A stretch of DNA of 64,000 nucleotides from an uncultured Armatimonadia bacterium. Lineage in GTDB: Bacteria; Armatimonadota; Zipacnadia; CAVVLO01. Made by a program: the position numbers and the translations under genes. The notes beneath the pieces were generated by a model. That model worked only from the letters and a program-made list of their open reading frames with translations. It was not told the origin of the DNA and did not search any database. Positions 1 through 10,544 of this stretch are shown in pieces (the stretch's first letter is position 1; each line of letters starts with the position of its first letter). The DNA lies in NCBI GenBank assembly GCA_963749155.1, contig CAVVLO010000002.1, positions 1,376,001 to 1,440,000 on the forward strand. The letters run 5' to 3'.

Positions 1-942
1 CGATATACTGGGCGGCGTGACAGGCGGTGCGGAAACGGTCCTCGGTGGATAGGACCAGCTCATCCCCGCATCACAGGCGATGGGATAATCCGGCCCCGGC
101 TCGAAATCCAGCACCGGGAGTACGCCAAGACTGCGACTGGTTGTAGCGGGGGCAAGGCCTTCGCCTGTGGCCTCTAGCAGCACTTCAAAATAGCCGGTTG
201 GCTGACCTGGCAATTCGATTGGAGCCTGCCCGCTACCCGCCCCAAGCGTAATCTCGACTTCGGTCTCAGCAAGCTGCTGGCGCTTGTAATCCACCAAACG
301 GGCGACGACCTTCGCGCCTTCAAGCTCCTGGGGAGCGCCTTCGAGGCCAACCGTATATTTTATCGCAGCCAGGGGCGCATAGAGAGCCGCTTCTGCAGTG
401 CTACTAGCCCAAAGTGAGAGGCTGGCTGCAATCGAAGGCGCGGCAAGAGAGAGCTGGCCACTGGCGCCACTGGTCGCAAAAAAGCCGGAAGGGGTGACTT
501 GAGCGGCTAAGGCTGCCTGGGTCGCTCCCTCTGGCGCTTCAGCCCAAAGCCCCTCCGGCGCCCAGTCACGGCCGAGGAAAAGCAAAGGGCCCCAGGCCTC
601 GCCCACCTGCTCGCCAGCGGCATCCAGCCAGACAAGCCCTAGTCGTCCATAGGCCTGGTTGAGGGAAGTCTTCACCAGCGCCTCGCCCCGATACGTCCGG
701 CCTGGAATCACCGGGGTGAAAACCAACTGGCCGGCGCCAAGTTCCCAGCGCCCTGCTGTCAGCACCAGAGCAGTGCTGCCCCCTGGCGCAGCTGCTTCTT
801 CCACCCAGGCCAAATCAGCCAGATTTCGGTCCTCTGGCCCAGTGATGAGCCAGTCGCCTCCAGGTCCCGCCAAAGTCATCGAGAATCCCACCCCCGCGCT
901 CAAGCCCAGGACGATTAGAAGAAACTCCAAAACGTGCCTCAT
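1..942 (-). CDS. Exported protein, 5' part only (runs off the window); possibly a carbohydrate-binding module plus Ig-like domain of a glycoside hydrolase
   Basis: Hand-translated open frame from ATG at 942 (MRHVLEFLLIVLGLSAGVGFS... signal peptide) to position 1 with no stop; GAGGAG RBS upstream; segments PGRTYRGEALVK, WLDAAGEQVG, VVARLVDY, GYFEVLL. Missing from the ORF track because its stop is outside the window. Confidence 0.6.
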   Translation of the reverse strand, partial: MRHVLEFLLIVLGLSAGVGFSMTLAGPGGDWLITGPEDRNLADLAWVEEAAAPGGSTALVLTAGRWELGAGQLVFTPVIPGRTYRGEALVKTSLNQAYGRLGLVWLDAAGEQVGEAWGPLLFLGRDWAPEGLWAEAPEGATQAALAAQVTPSGFFATSGASGQLSLAAPSIAASLSLWASSTAEAALYAPLAAIKYTVGLEGAPQELEGAKVVARLVDYKRQQLAETEVEITLGAGSGQAPIELPGQPTGYFEVLLEATGEGLAPATTSRSLGVLPVLDFEPGPDYPIACDAGMSWSYPPRTVSAPPVTPPSIS

Positions 943-1041
943 AACGATGCTCCTCTGGTGGGGGGCGAGGGTAACACTCCCGCACTTATCCAGCCCTTGA
1001 TTTGCTTCGCCTTTGGTTGGCCAGTTCCCCCCACGACCACC

Positions 1042-1073
1042 CAAAACAAGACCCCGGGCCTAAGCCCGGGGTC
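1042..1073 (-). terminator. Intrinsic terminator of the SLH-porin gene
   Basis: 10-bp stem GACCCCGGGC / GCCCGGGGTC with a 4-nt loop, followed on the minus strand by TTGTTTTG, just downstream of the stop. Confidence 0.75.
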
Positions 1074-1099
1074 CAGTAGCGGTCGGATTGGTTGGTCGT

Positions 1100-2866
1100 C
1101 TAGAACAGGACGTCGATGGAACCCGAGAAGTAATCGCGGGTATCGTCGAACATATCGAAGTCTGCCCGGCCATAGGTAACGGTTGCGTCCACACCCTCCG
1201 CAAGCGGATGGGTGAGCTGGATCTGATAGATGTTTACGTTATCAGTCTGCGCGGGACCCCACGGAGTGAGCTGTACCGTAGAGTCATCCCAGGGATTGTA
1301 TTGACGCCAGCCAAGCATGACATCGGTGTTGCCGAAGCGCTTGTTGAATTCCGCGGCCCAAATCTGGCTGCCAGCAATTGGCATTGCGTCGTTGAACAGC
1401 AGATAATCCCAGTTAAGCCCGCTGTATTCGACGTACCAGTTGTAGGGAACGATGGAAGTAAGCTGCGGGATGTAGTTCTCCTGCGCCTGGCCCCAGGACA
1501 AGGTCAAGCAGGCATCGCCCGGCTCCTTGTCGCCCTTGTAAAGCCCAAGGCGGGCCAGCATAGCCTGGTTCTCATTGTCGGGCTCGTAGCCGTTGGTGTC
1601 CTTCTGCAACTCGCCGAATTCGAAGCAGGCATCGGCCTTGAGGCCGAAGAAGGGGATACTCATCCCAGTATACTGGGCATCGAGACCCCAGCGCTCTTCA
1701 CTGTTAACCGCGTTGGGAACATAGCTTGCGCCTACGTTGAAGCGGCTGGAAACCTGCCAGCCAAGCCGACCATAGCCGATAGGATCGTTGTTGTCGTAGA
1801 TGGTGCCCCACATTGCTGTAAGGTCCACATCACCGAAGTCGAAGTTTGCTTTGGCCGACTCGAGCGGGTACAGGTCGTTGTCGAAGACTAGGCCGCACAG
1901 CGACTTGTGGAACTGCTGGCCCATACGGATGTGCGTGTCACCGAGCCAGTTGTTGTCGAATTCGAGCCACGCTTCGTGGATGTATGTGCCCCTGGTATCC
2001 CAGTCGTAGGTGCGGTCAGGACGCCAAATCTGGATGTGACCAGGCACACCCTCGGCGATGAAACCATCAACATTGATTTTGACATCCATATTGCTGAACC
2101 GCTCCCAGCCATATGGGAAGAAGCCCTTCGAAGGCGCGTTTCCGACCTCTTCGATCCACCGGAAATCATACAGTTCAGCCGAACCGGCGCGCCAGATGAT
2201 ATTGCCAGTTACTTTGTCGGGCTTGTTCTCGAGGGCGGTAACGCGGCCATCAAGAGCAGCCAGTCTGGCTTCGAGTTGATCGACCCGGTACATCAGGTCA
2301 TCGACGTCTACGCCAAGCTGCTGCAAGTCTCTGCGGAACTCGGTTACGAGCCCGTTTACATAATCCTGAGTGACCAGATTGCGCACCGCTGCATCAATCA
2401 TCGCTTGCGCTTCGGCTTTGGTTACGCCAGGGCTCATACCCGCCAGAGCATCTTTTGCGGCCTGCGCGCCAGCGGCAGCGGCAACCTGCTTTACCTGGTC
2501 GAGGGTCATGTCAAAGGTGGGCAGCTTGAGGCCTGCAACCGCTTTGGCAGCCTCGTCTCGCGCGATTGCACGAGCGGCGGCGGAGTCTACTCCAGCCTCC
2601 AGGGCCGCGGTCTTCTCGTCTACGTAGTTCTCGAGATAGTGAAGCAGCTTCACCGTGGCTTCTGCAAACTCGTACCGGGTAAGCGTCCGCTGGCCCCCGT
2701 AAGTTCCATCGGGGTAACCCTGGAGAATGCCGATGTCGGTGAGTTCGTCTACCGCATCGTAGGCCCAGTGAGTAAAGGGCACATCAGGCATATCCTTTGC
2801 GAAGGCAGGCACGAGGAGGCAAAGCACGGTAATTACGAGGAGCAGTGAAAGCACTTTGGCTTTCAT
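1100..2866 (-). CDS. SLH-domain outer-membrane porin (OmpM-like): signal peptide, SLH, coiled-coil stalk, beta-barrel
   Basis: DVPFTHWAYDAVDELTDIGILQGYPDGTY..LTRYEFA is an SLH motif; coiled coil LVTEFRRDLQQLGV..LEARLAALDGRVTALE; amphipathic strands ending in C-terminal Phe (GSIDVLF); GGAGG RBS. Confidence 0.88.
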   Translation of the reverse strand: MKAKVLSLLLVITVLCLLVPAFAKDMPDVPFTHWAYDAVDELTDIGILQGYPDGTYGGQRTLTRYEFAEATVKLLHYLENYVDEKTAALEAGVDSAAARAIARDEAAKAVAGLKLPTFDMTLDQVKQVAAAAGAQAAKDALAGMSPGVTKAEAQAMIDAAVRNLVTQDYVNGLVTEFRRDLQQLGVDVDDLMYRVDQLEARLAALDGRVTALENKPDKVTGNIIWRAGSAELYDFRWIEEVGNAPSKGFFPYGWERFSNMDVKINVDGFIAEGVPGHIQIWRPDRTYDWDTRGTYIHEAWLEFDNNWLGDTHIRMGQQFHKSLCGLVFDNDLYPLESAKANFDFGDVDLTAMWGTIYDNNDPIGYGRLGWQVSSRFNVGASYVPNAVNSEERWGLDAQYTGMSIPFFGLKADACFEFGELQKDTNGYEPDNENQAMLARLGLYKGDKEPGDACLTLSWGQAQENYIPQLTSIVPYNWYVEYSGLNWDYLLFNDAMPIAGSQIWAAEFNKRFGNTDVMLGWRQYNPWDDSTVQLTPWGPAQTDNVNIYQIQLTHPLAEGVDATVTYGRADFDMFDDTRDYFSGSIDVLF

Positions 2867-3059
2867 AAGCGATCAGCCTCCCAAGACTAATAACTGAGGG
2901 TCTCCGCTTTCCAAAGCAAACTTGCCAGAGTTTCCAGGTTGCCTTTGGTTCGGCTTGCTTTGAATCTGGTCACAGTACAAGTAACAAACAAGACGCTCTC
3001 TCCTCCGAAAAGGAGGGTGCCTTACTGCCACCAGTCGAAGCCCTTGTTCTTACTATTAA

Positions 3060-3088
3060 AGTTTATTGCGGAATCGCAACTTGGTCAA
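3060..3088 (-). promoter_or_regulatory. Sigma70-type promoter for the porin gene
   Basis: Minus strand TTGACC-17 nt-TAAACT, implying a 5' leader of about 185 nt. Confidence 0.5.
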
Positions 3089-3235
3089 CCGAGTTTGCGC
3101 CCATATCACAAACAAATTGACTTTATATCGGCCTATTTGTTTTCCTTCGAGTTTACCCAGACAGGAGAAGTCGCCAGGTTCGCTAATATGGTAATATATA
3201 TTGCTGTGTTTATCTCATGAATTGCGAGGTGGAGC

Positions 3236-3886
3236 ATGCAACGCCGCCGCGGCTTCACGTTGATCGAGCTTATGGTAGTCATCGCCATTATTTCCATCCT
3301 GGCGAGTATTTTGTTTCCAGTCTTCTCCAAGGCCAAGGACAAGGCGCGCAGTACCGCGTGCCTGGCTAACCTGAAGCAGATTGGCACTGCCACCTTGATG
3401 TATACCCAGGATTGGGATCAGACCTTCCCCCTGTCCTGGAATACGGAATACAATGGCAGTTGGGTGAATACCTGGCGTCATGGGGTGCAGCCCTATATAG
3501 ACAACTACGATATTTATACCTGCCCAGGGCAACCTGACCTTGCGTATGACCTCAATACTTACAATGGCCCTGACTTCACCGGTTATGCCATCAACAATAC
3601 TTATGCCGGCTTCGGCGATGCCCGTTCGGGCCCCGCTGGCAAGCACGAGGCCGCCATCCACCGGCCTTCTCTTACCATCCTTTATATGGATTTTAATGGC
3701 TGGTTTGAGGTGACCTGGCAATACCAGGCGCTCGAGGTCTGGAGTTATCTGCCCAGGCGCCATATGGATGGGCTCAACATCACTTTCTGTGATGGGCACA
3801 CCAAGTTGCTGAAACCCGAGCAAATCCAGACTGACGAGATTGGCAGTAGTTATCTGTCCAACTGGTGGACCATCGAGGAAGACTAA
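3236..3886 (+). CDS. Prepilin-type N-terminal cleavage/methylation protein with H-X9-DG motif (DUF1559-like)
   Basis: RRRGFTLIELMVVIAIISILASILFPVF..ARSTACLANLKQIG; C-terminal RHMDGLNITFCDGH. Confidence 0.9.
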   Translation: MQRRRGFTLIELMVVIAIISILASILFPVFSKAKDKARSTACLANLKQIGTATLMYTQDWDQTFPLSWNTEYNGSWVNTWRHGVQPYIDNYDIYTCPGQPDLAYDLNTYNGPDFTGYAINNTYAGFGDARSGPAGKHEAAIHRPSLTILYMDFNGWFEVTWQYQALEVWSYLPRRHMDGLNITFCDGHTKLLKPEQIQTDEIGSSYLSNWWTIEED

Positions 3887-4788
3887 TGGCCTCTCCCAAA
3901 GAGGCGTCTGGCCAAGGCCGCCCTCCTTGCTGGCTGGTGGAGGCCCGACCTCGTCCAGTTGTAAATCCCAAAACCGCCGAGCGCCTGCATCAATATGGTA
4001 TCGCCACCATCTGCGAGGCTGCTCTCTGTCCAAATCTGGGCGAATGCTCAAGCGCTGGCCAGGCGACTTTCCTCCTGATGGGCCCTGCCTGCAGTCGAAA
4101 TTGCGGATTTTGCTCTGTGCCAAAAGGCGCCCCGGCTCCACTTGATGAGACCGAGCCCCAGCGCGTTGCCCAGGCTGCTGTCGAACTCGAACTCGATTAT
4201 GTCGTCCTTACTTCCACAACGCGTGACGATCTGCCTGACGGGGGCGCATCGGTTTTTGCCCGGACACTGGCTTGTCTGCAGAAGCAATTGCCCAAGGTGC
4301 TGGTGGAAGTGCTTGTGCCAGATTTTCAGGGAGATGAAACTGCCCTGGATACGGTGCTGGAAGCTGGCCCGGTAGTACTCAATCATAATGTCGAGACTGT
4401 GCCTGCCTTGTATCCGACAGTCCGGCCTGGCGCAGATTTTGACCGCTCCCTTCGCTTGCTTGCCCAGGCCAGGCAACTGCGCCCCGATATTATTGTCAAA
4501 TCAGGACTGATGGTCGGCCTGGGTGAAAGTGAAGCCCAGCTCTGTCAAACTTTCGAGGCCCTGGCCCAGGCGGGCTGCCAGATTGTCACTATCGGTCAAT
4601 ATCTAAGACCCACCGCCAGGCAGCTTCCTGTGGTCAGATACTATGAACCTGAAGAATATCCACGCCTTGCAGAACTAGGCCGGGCCGCGGGTCTGGAGGA
4701 AGTACTGGCTGGCCCCTTCGTGCGCAGCTCGTGGCGGGCGAAACAGACTTTTGAGAGCCTCGCGCGCAAGGGGCATCCCACCTGCTAA
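3886..4788 (+). CDS. lipA: Lipoyl synthase
   Basis: CEAALCPNLGEC (CX4CX5C), CSRNCGFC (radical SAM), NHNVETV, TIGQYL, FVRSSW; ATG overlaps the upstream TAA. Confidence 0.95.
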   Translation: MASPKEASGQGRPPCWLVEARPRPVVNPKTAERLHQYGIATICEAALCPNLGECSSAGQATFLLMGPACSRNCGFCSVPKGAPAPLDETEPQRVAQAAVELELDYVVLTSTTRDDLPDGGASVFARTLACLQKQLPKVLVEVLVPDFQGDETALDTVLEAGPVVLNHNVETVPALYPTVRPGADFDRSLRLLAQARQLRPDIIVKSGLMVGLGESEAQLCQTFEALAQAGCQIVTIGQYLRPTARQLPVVRYYEPEEYPRLAELGRAAGLEEVLAGPFVRSSWRAKQTFESLARKGHPTC

Positions 4789-4797
4789 ACTGGAGTT

Positions 4798-7700
4798 ATG
4801 GCGCGCAAGTTTCGACTGCTTATCAACGCGCTACTCGTGCTGGCAGCCTTCATGGTGGTGCTGGCGCTTACTTTGCTGGCCAATCGCGAGCGACTTTTCG
4901 AGCTTGCCACCAAATCGCTTATCACCGCGCTCCAGCAGCAGGGGGGCCTGAGGGTCTCGTATTCTGCCCTTGAGGGCAATCCCCTTACTGGACTAACTCT
5001 GACCGATCTCGAAATCCACTCTGACCTGGGCACGACCCCTAGCCTCACCGCGGGCCGGGCCAAAATCCATTATCCCCTGGCTAATCTGCTGCGCGCCGAA
5101 GCGCCTGGGCGGCTTGCTCTCGAACTGGAACGTCCTCAGCTTCAGCTCAGGCGGTTGGCCGATGGACGTCTCCAGGGCGCCGAATTATTGAAACGTTTCC
5201 AGCTTGGCGAAAAACCTGCTCGCCCGATGGAACTCTCCTTCCAGCTCAGCGAAGGCTCTCTTATCTTGCTGGATGAGCAACTTGGGACTCCCAGGAAACC
5301 AGCCCGCCTTGTACTGACCAAATTGGCGGGAGGCTTCAGCCTGGCCCCTGAGGGGGGCTGGGAGATTGACCTTTCTCATGCGAATTTCGAAGGCGCCGAG
5401 CTTTCGGCGGATGCCTTTGGCGACCTGCGCACCGGCGCGGGCGCGACCAGTTTCCGAGTCAGCGACCTGGCCGCGGGCGACTGGTGGCGCTTCGTCGATT
5501 TGCCCCAAGAGCTGAAGATTACCGGAGGACTGGTCACTGGCAAGGGTTCGATTTCCTGGCAGGCAGGTGCCAGGCCTGTCTATTCTGTCGAGGCTAGTGT
5601 CCAGAACGCTACAGGTAGCTATGCCGGCTCTCGGACTGAAGGGCCGGATACGCGCTGACTTTGCGCTGACGCCAAGCGCTCTTCGCCTCTCGCGCCTCGA
5701 AGTAGCAACACCTCAAGGCAACGCGCTTGCCAGGCTGCAGTTCCAGTTTGGCAAGCCTTTTGCGCTGGAGGGCACCGCCCAGCTTGCCTCGGTAGAACCC
5801 GCCTGGGCGCTTGCTCAGGCCAGGGGCTGGGGACTGGATACCGCTCTCTATGCCCCCAAGTCCACTGGCAAGTTACGCGGACTAGCGAAGTTCTCCTATG
5901 GCCCAAAGGGGCTCCAACTAGAGCTTGATACTACGCTGCCCCGCACTGACTTTTCAGTGCGCCAGGTCGGCTCGCTTCGCCTCGAGTCGACACAGGCTGC
6001 GTTAAGTCTTGGCTGGCGCCAGGGCCAGCCGGTGACCTATGCGGCAGGCTTGCCAGCCATCAAAGTGCGCGCGCTCGGGCTGGAGGCTCAGCGGCTTCAC
6101 CTGCAGCCGACCACCCGGCCTTTACTCGAAGGGAAGCTGCTGATTGGCAGTTCTCCCAGTGGGCCGAAGCTTCGGTTTGATGGGAAACTCAAAGGCCTGG
6201 CTACCGAATATGGTTCGGTGCGGGCAGTTGAACTGGAGGGAGAACTGATCGCTGGCCGGCTGGCGCTGAACGCAAGCAAGCTGGAAGGCCTTGCCTTCGG
6301 GGGAACAATCGAGGCTCGCGGTACGCTTGCCTTGGCTGATATCAACGACCCCCATCCTGTCGTCGAAGCGGCTTATACCCTCGAAGGGGGACAGCTCGAA
6401 CGCGTTGCAGCGCGCTTTTGGCAAGAGGGGGAGCTGGTCGGACGCGCCAGAGCCGAAGGGGTTTTCTCACTGGATGGCAGCCAGTGGGAACTGGATTTCT
6501 CCGCTGCCGCCGATGAGACAAAACTCCAGCAGCTTGCTCTCAGCAAAGTGACAGCGCTTGGTCAGCTAACCAACTACGGGCCTGCTGCTTACAGCTTTCG
6601 ATGCCAACCTCGACCAGGCGAGGCTAAGCGCCGAGGGGAGTTATGCCTTTTCGGGCGATTTCGCCGGCAAGGCGCATTTCCAGCAATTACCTTTCGAGGC
6701 TCTCGCACCTCTCTTCGAGGCCCCCTCTCAGGCCCAGAAGGACCTGAAGGGCCTCTTCAGCGGCACGCTGGAGGCTGCCGGCCAGGCTGAAGAGTGGCAG
6801 CAGGCCGCGGGAACTTTCTCCCTGGCTGGCCTTCAACTCGACTACCAGGGCTACAAGCTCGATGCGATCTCGCTCGCTGGCAAGCTGAGCGAAGGCACAG
6901 CCGAACTTACCGAAGGCAAGCTGGTCAAAGGGCTTTCTCAGGCTACAGTACTGGGGACACTCGAGGACCTGTTCGCAGGCAAAGAGGCGACTCGGCTCGA
7001 TCTGACTGTGACCTCGCCAGCGCTGTCGGTGAGTGAACTCTTGTCGATCAGCCTCGAGGACAAGCCTCTGCCTGATGTAACCGGCGTGCTGGAGCTAGCG
7101 GCTACCATCAGTGGCACTCTGGCCAGACCCGTTGGCGAGTTAACTGCCCAGGCCAAAGGGCTACAGGCATACGGAGAAGTGTTTAGCCTGGCCAGGGCTG
7201 CCTTCGACTTCAGCCCTGCCGAGGTTGTAGTGAAGGAAGTTTTCGCTGAAGCAGTCGGGGGAGGCTCCCTTTCGGCTGAGGGACGTATCTATTATCCACT
7301 GGACGACTTCGCCAATGTAAGTGTGGCCTTCGATATAGAAAAGTTGTCACTAGCTGGACTCTCGATCCCTCGCCTTCAAGAGTATTCGCTTGCCGGCGCT
7401 GTTGAAGGCGAAGGCCGGGTCGATGGTCTGCTGCGCGAGCCCGAAGTCACGGCCAAACTTGCAGTGACAGAGCCTGCCGTCCAGGGCGAACGGTTGCCCC
7501 TCGTGACGGCTGACCTGCTTTGGAAGCCCGTCCAGCAGACCCTGGTGGCGAAGAGTCTTGAGGCCGAAGTGGGCTCTGGCCAACTTATCAAGTTAACCAC
7601 TGGTCAGGCTGATTTCAAGACAGAACAATTGCTTCTGGAAGGCAGCCTGGCTACCTTGCGAGAAGACGGCCTGGAGCGGCTAGTTCGCTTTTCGACCGCT

Positions 7701-9845
7701 ACCCTTAAAGGGGTTCCGACAGGGCTTGGCCTGCCCTCAAAGGCCAGGCTTGAGCTGAAGGGAGAGTTTCATCTCGAAGGCGACTTCGCTTCGCCTGCAG
7801 CGAAGGTGCAAATCGCCTCCCTCACCTCGGCTGTTGGCGAGGTGCTATTGCCGCCACTGGCAGGTTCTCTGACTCGCGTCGCCTCGGGCCAGGTAGAGAC
7901 CGAGTTGCACGCGCAGGGGCTGCGCGCCCTGGCCGAGGTTAAGGCGACACTGCGTCCTGATGGGGGCTTGCTCGGTTCGACCAGTGTCGCCGCGCTGGAC
8001 CTGGCTTTGCTGCGAGAACTCTTCGGCCTGTCGGTAAGGGGGATGGTCAAAGTCGATGGCCAGCTTGGGGGCTCTCTGGAGCGTCCCCGCCTCGAGCTTG
8101 CGTTGCTCTCGAAAGGACCGAGTTTCCGCGGGGTGCAGGTTGACGAAATCAGAGTTGGCAAATTGATTCTGTCGGAGGGAAAGCTGCAAGTAGACGAGTT
8201 GGTCACGAGCCTGGAAGGGGGCCAGGTTCGCCTGAATGGAGAGACAGATTTCCACTGGGGCGCGCCCTGGGTACCCAAAGAGGCGCCACTCAAAGCCAGA
8301 CTCGTCGTCGACAAACAACCGATATATCCCATCTTGCAACGACTTGGGCAAAGCACTCTCTATGCCGGCGATCTTAATGGAGAGCTGGTAGCAGGGGGCA
8401 CGGTCAGGCATCCGAGCGCCGCGGGAGAGCTGTCTTTGACCGATGGGCAGGTGCTCATCAGTGATATTGGCGCGCTCTCCCAGGTGGAGGCCCATCTGGC
8501 CGTAGAATCACTGGGAGGCGCCTCGACTGAAGGCATCCCTCAGCACAGGATAAAGCTGGTCAAAGGCCAGGCCAAACTTGGAGAGGGCCTGTTCGAGGCC
8601 GAAGGCAGCACTGATTTGCTTCACTTCGACGAGGCGTCCCTGCTGCGCAATCCAGTGCAACTCAAAGTCACAGGACGCAGGCTCTGGTTTCCCATTAACA
8701 GCAGTCCTTATGTGACCAATGGCCAGTTTGAGCTGACCGCCGAAGGCAAGGGAGAAGGTCTGGTTACAGTGGCACTGAAGGAGCTGACCGGCAACCTGGG
8801 CGAGGGCACAGTGCGCGCGGGCGGCCAGCTTCAGCTAAGCTCGCTTGAGCCCGTGAAGATATGGAGCAACAAGGTCCAGTTGCTGGCCGAACTTAAAAAC
8901 GCCTCCCTTGCGCTTGGCAATTATGGCAGTGGCAAACTGACTGGCCAGATCGGTCTCGAGACCGTCTTCGCTGGAGAGCGCCCTGTCATCGGCGGCGACC
9001 TGGTGGTGGATGATTTCCAGGCGAAGCTGGGTACTAAAGCCGAGATTGAACCCGCGCCCTGGCCTTTTGCCAGTCTGAGACAGTCACCCAATCTGGATAT
9101 CACTCTGCATACTGGACAGCATGTCGGCTTGAAGCATCAAAGGCTCGAGGTGGCCTTCATTGACTCGGTAGTGCGAGTTACTGGCTCTCTGGATGAGCCG
9201 CTTGTGACAGGCGAGTTGAAGGTCTCTGGGGGAAGAGTTATCTATCCTGTCACTGACATCGAGCTGGAACGCGGCACCGTCCGCCTTGTCGAAGCCCGAC
9301 CCAACACCAACGCCCCTGGCTGGGAGTCTCTGCTTCAGCTCGATTTATTTGCCAGGGCCAGAGTCAGCCAATACCGGATAGAGATGCACCTTTATGGTCC
9401 ACTTGAAGATATGCAGGTGGCGATGACTTCGAATCCGCCTCTTTCTCAGGAGCAGATTTACGCCTTGCTAGGCGGAGCAGCCAACCTCGAGAACCTGCTT
9501 TCGGGCGATTTGGGGGGTAGTCTTGAAAATGAATTGGCGATGTTGCTTGCCAGTGAGGTGCAACTACGCCTTTTCAAAGGAGTCGAAACAGCTCTGCAAG
9601 AAGTACTCGGGCTGGAAGAATTCCGTATAAGATATGATTTCAACCAGAACGCCGAAATCGTAATTGGCAAAGAGTTATTCGACCGGTTCAGAGTACAATA
9701 CACCCGGCTCATAAGCCATGGCACTCTGCCTTCAACCGAGACTTTCAGGCTTTCGTATGAACTTACGCCTAAAATTACCGTCTCCTTTGAGAACAGCGAA
9801 CTGAACCGCCAGACCACTTTTATCGAATATAACAGTCCTTTCTAG
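4798..9845 (+). CDS. tamB: TamB/AsmA-like translocation-assembly protein, split by two +1 frameshifts (~5625, ~6572)
   Basis: N-terminal TM helix, beta-rich body, C-terminal DUF490-like region (MTSNPPLSQEQIYALL, IVIGKEL). ORFs starting 4798, 5567 and 7008 step through consecutive frames and join into about 1680 codons; lies upstream of bamA. Confidence 0.85.
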
Positions 9846-9873
9846 TAAAAAGGAGTCGCAACTGAGCGGGGCC

Positions 9874-10539
9874 TTGGCTGTCAAAGAGTTGAAGCTTCTA
9901 GGGAGTCTAGTCTATGATAGCCGCACGACAGTTATGACGCCTGCCGATAGTATCTCTATTGCTGCTGCCCAACGTAGTGGCGTGGTTGCCGTGGCGGATA
10001 AACGACGTCTCTTTGACTCTCTAGTCACAGAATACGAGCGTAAGATCTACAACGTCGCCTACCGCATGCTGGGCGACGCGGAGACTGCTGCCGACGTAAC
10101 GCAAGAAACTTTTATCAATGCTTACCGTCATTTTGAGCAGTTTCGCGGCGATAGCAGCATCAGCACCTGGCTTTATCGGATAGCTTCCAACCTGTGCAAG
10201 AACAAGCTCAAGCAGCGAAAGCGCAGGCAGCAGTTCGAGACACACTCACTCGATGAGACCTTCGAGACCGAAGACGATTATTTGACCACCCAGGTTGCAG
10301 ATAGCAGTCAAGCGCCCGAGACAATTATCAGGCGCAAGGAACTCGGCAGGCAGATAGCCGAGAACCTTTTGAAACTAAAGCCCGAATTTCGTGAAATGGT
10401 AATACTGAGAGACTTGCAACACCTGACCTACGAGCAGATCTGTGAAGTAACCGGACTCAGCCTGCCTGCCGTGAAGTCGAGGTTATTAAGGGCCAGGCGC
10501 GAGTTGCAGAAACTGCTATTACCCTACCTGAGAGGTTAA
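9874..10539 (+). CDS. ECF (sigma-24/RpoE-like) RNA polymerase sigma factor; start may be 9934 or 9991
   Basis: AADVTQETFINAY, STWLYRIASN (region 2); LTYEQICEVTGLSLPAVKSRLLRAR (region 4). Confidence 0.9.
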   Translation: MAVKELKLLGSLVYDSRTTVMTPADSISIAAAQRSGVVAVADKRRLFDSLVTEYERKIYNVAYRMLGDAETAADVTQETFINAYRHFEQFRGDSSISTWLYRIASNLCKNKLKQRKRRQQFETHSLDETFETEDDYLTTQVADSSQAPETIIRRKELGRQIAENLLKLKPEFREMVILRDLQHLTYEQICEVTGLSLPAVKSRLLRARRELQKLLLPYLRG

Positions 10540-10544
10540 CTAAA

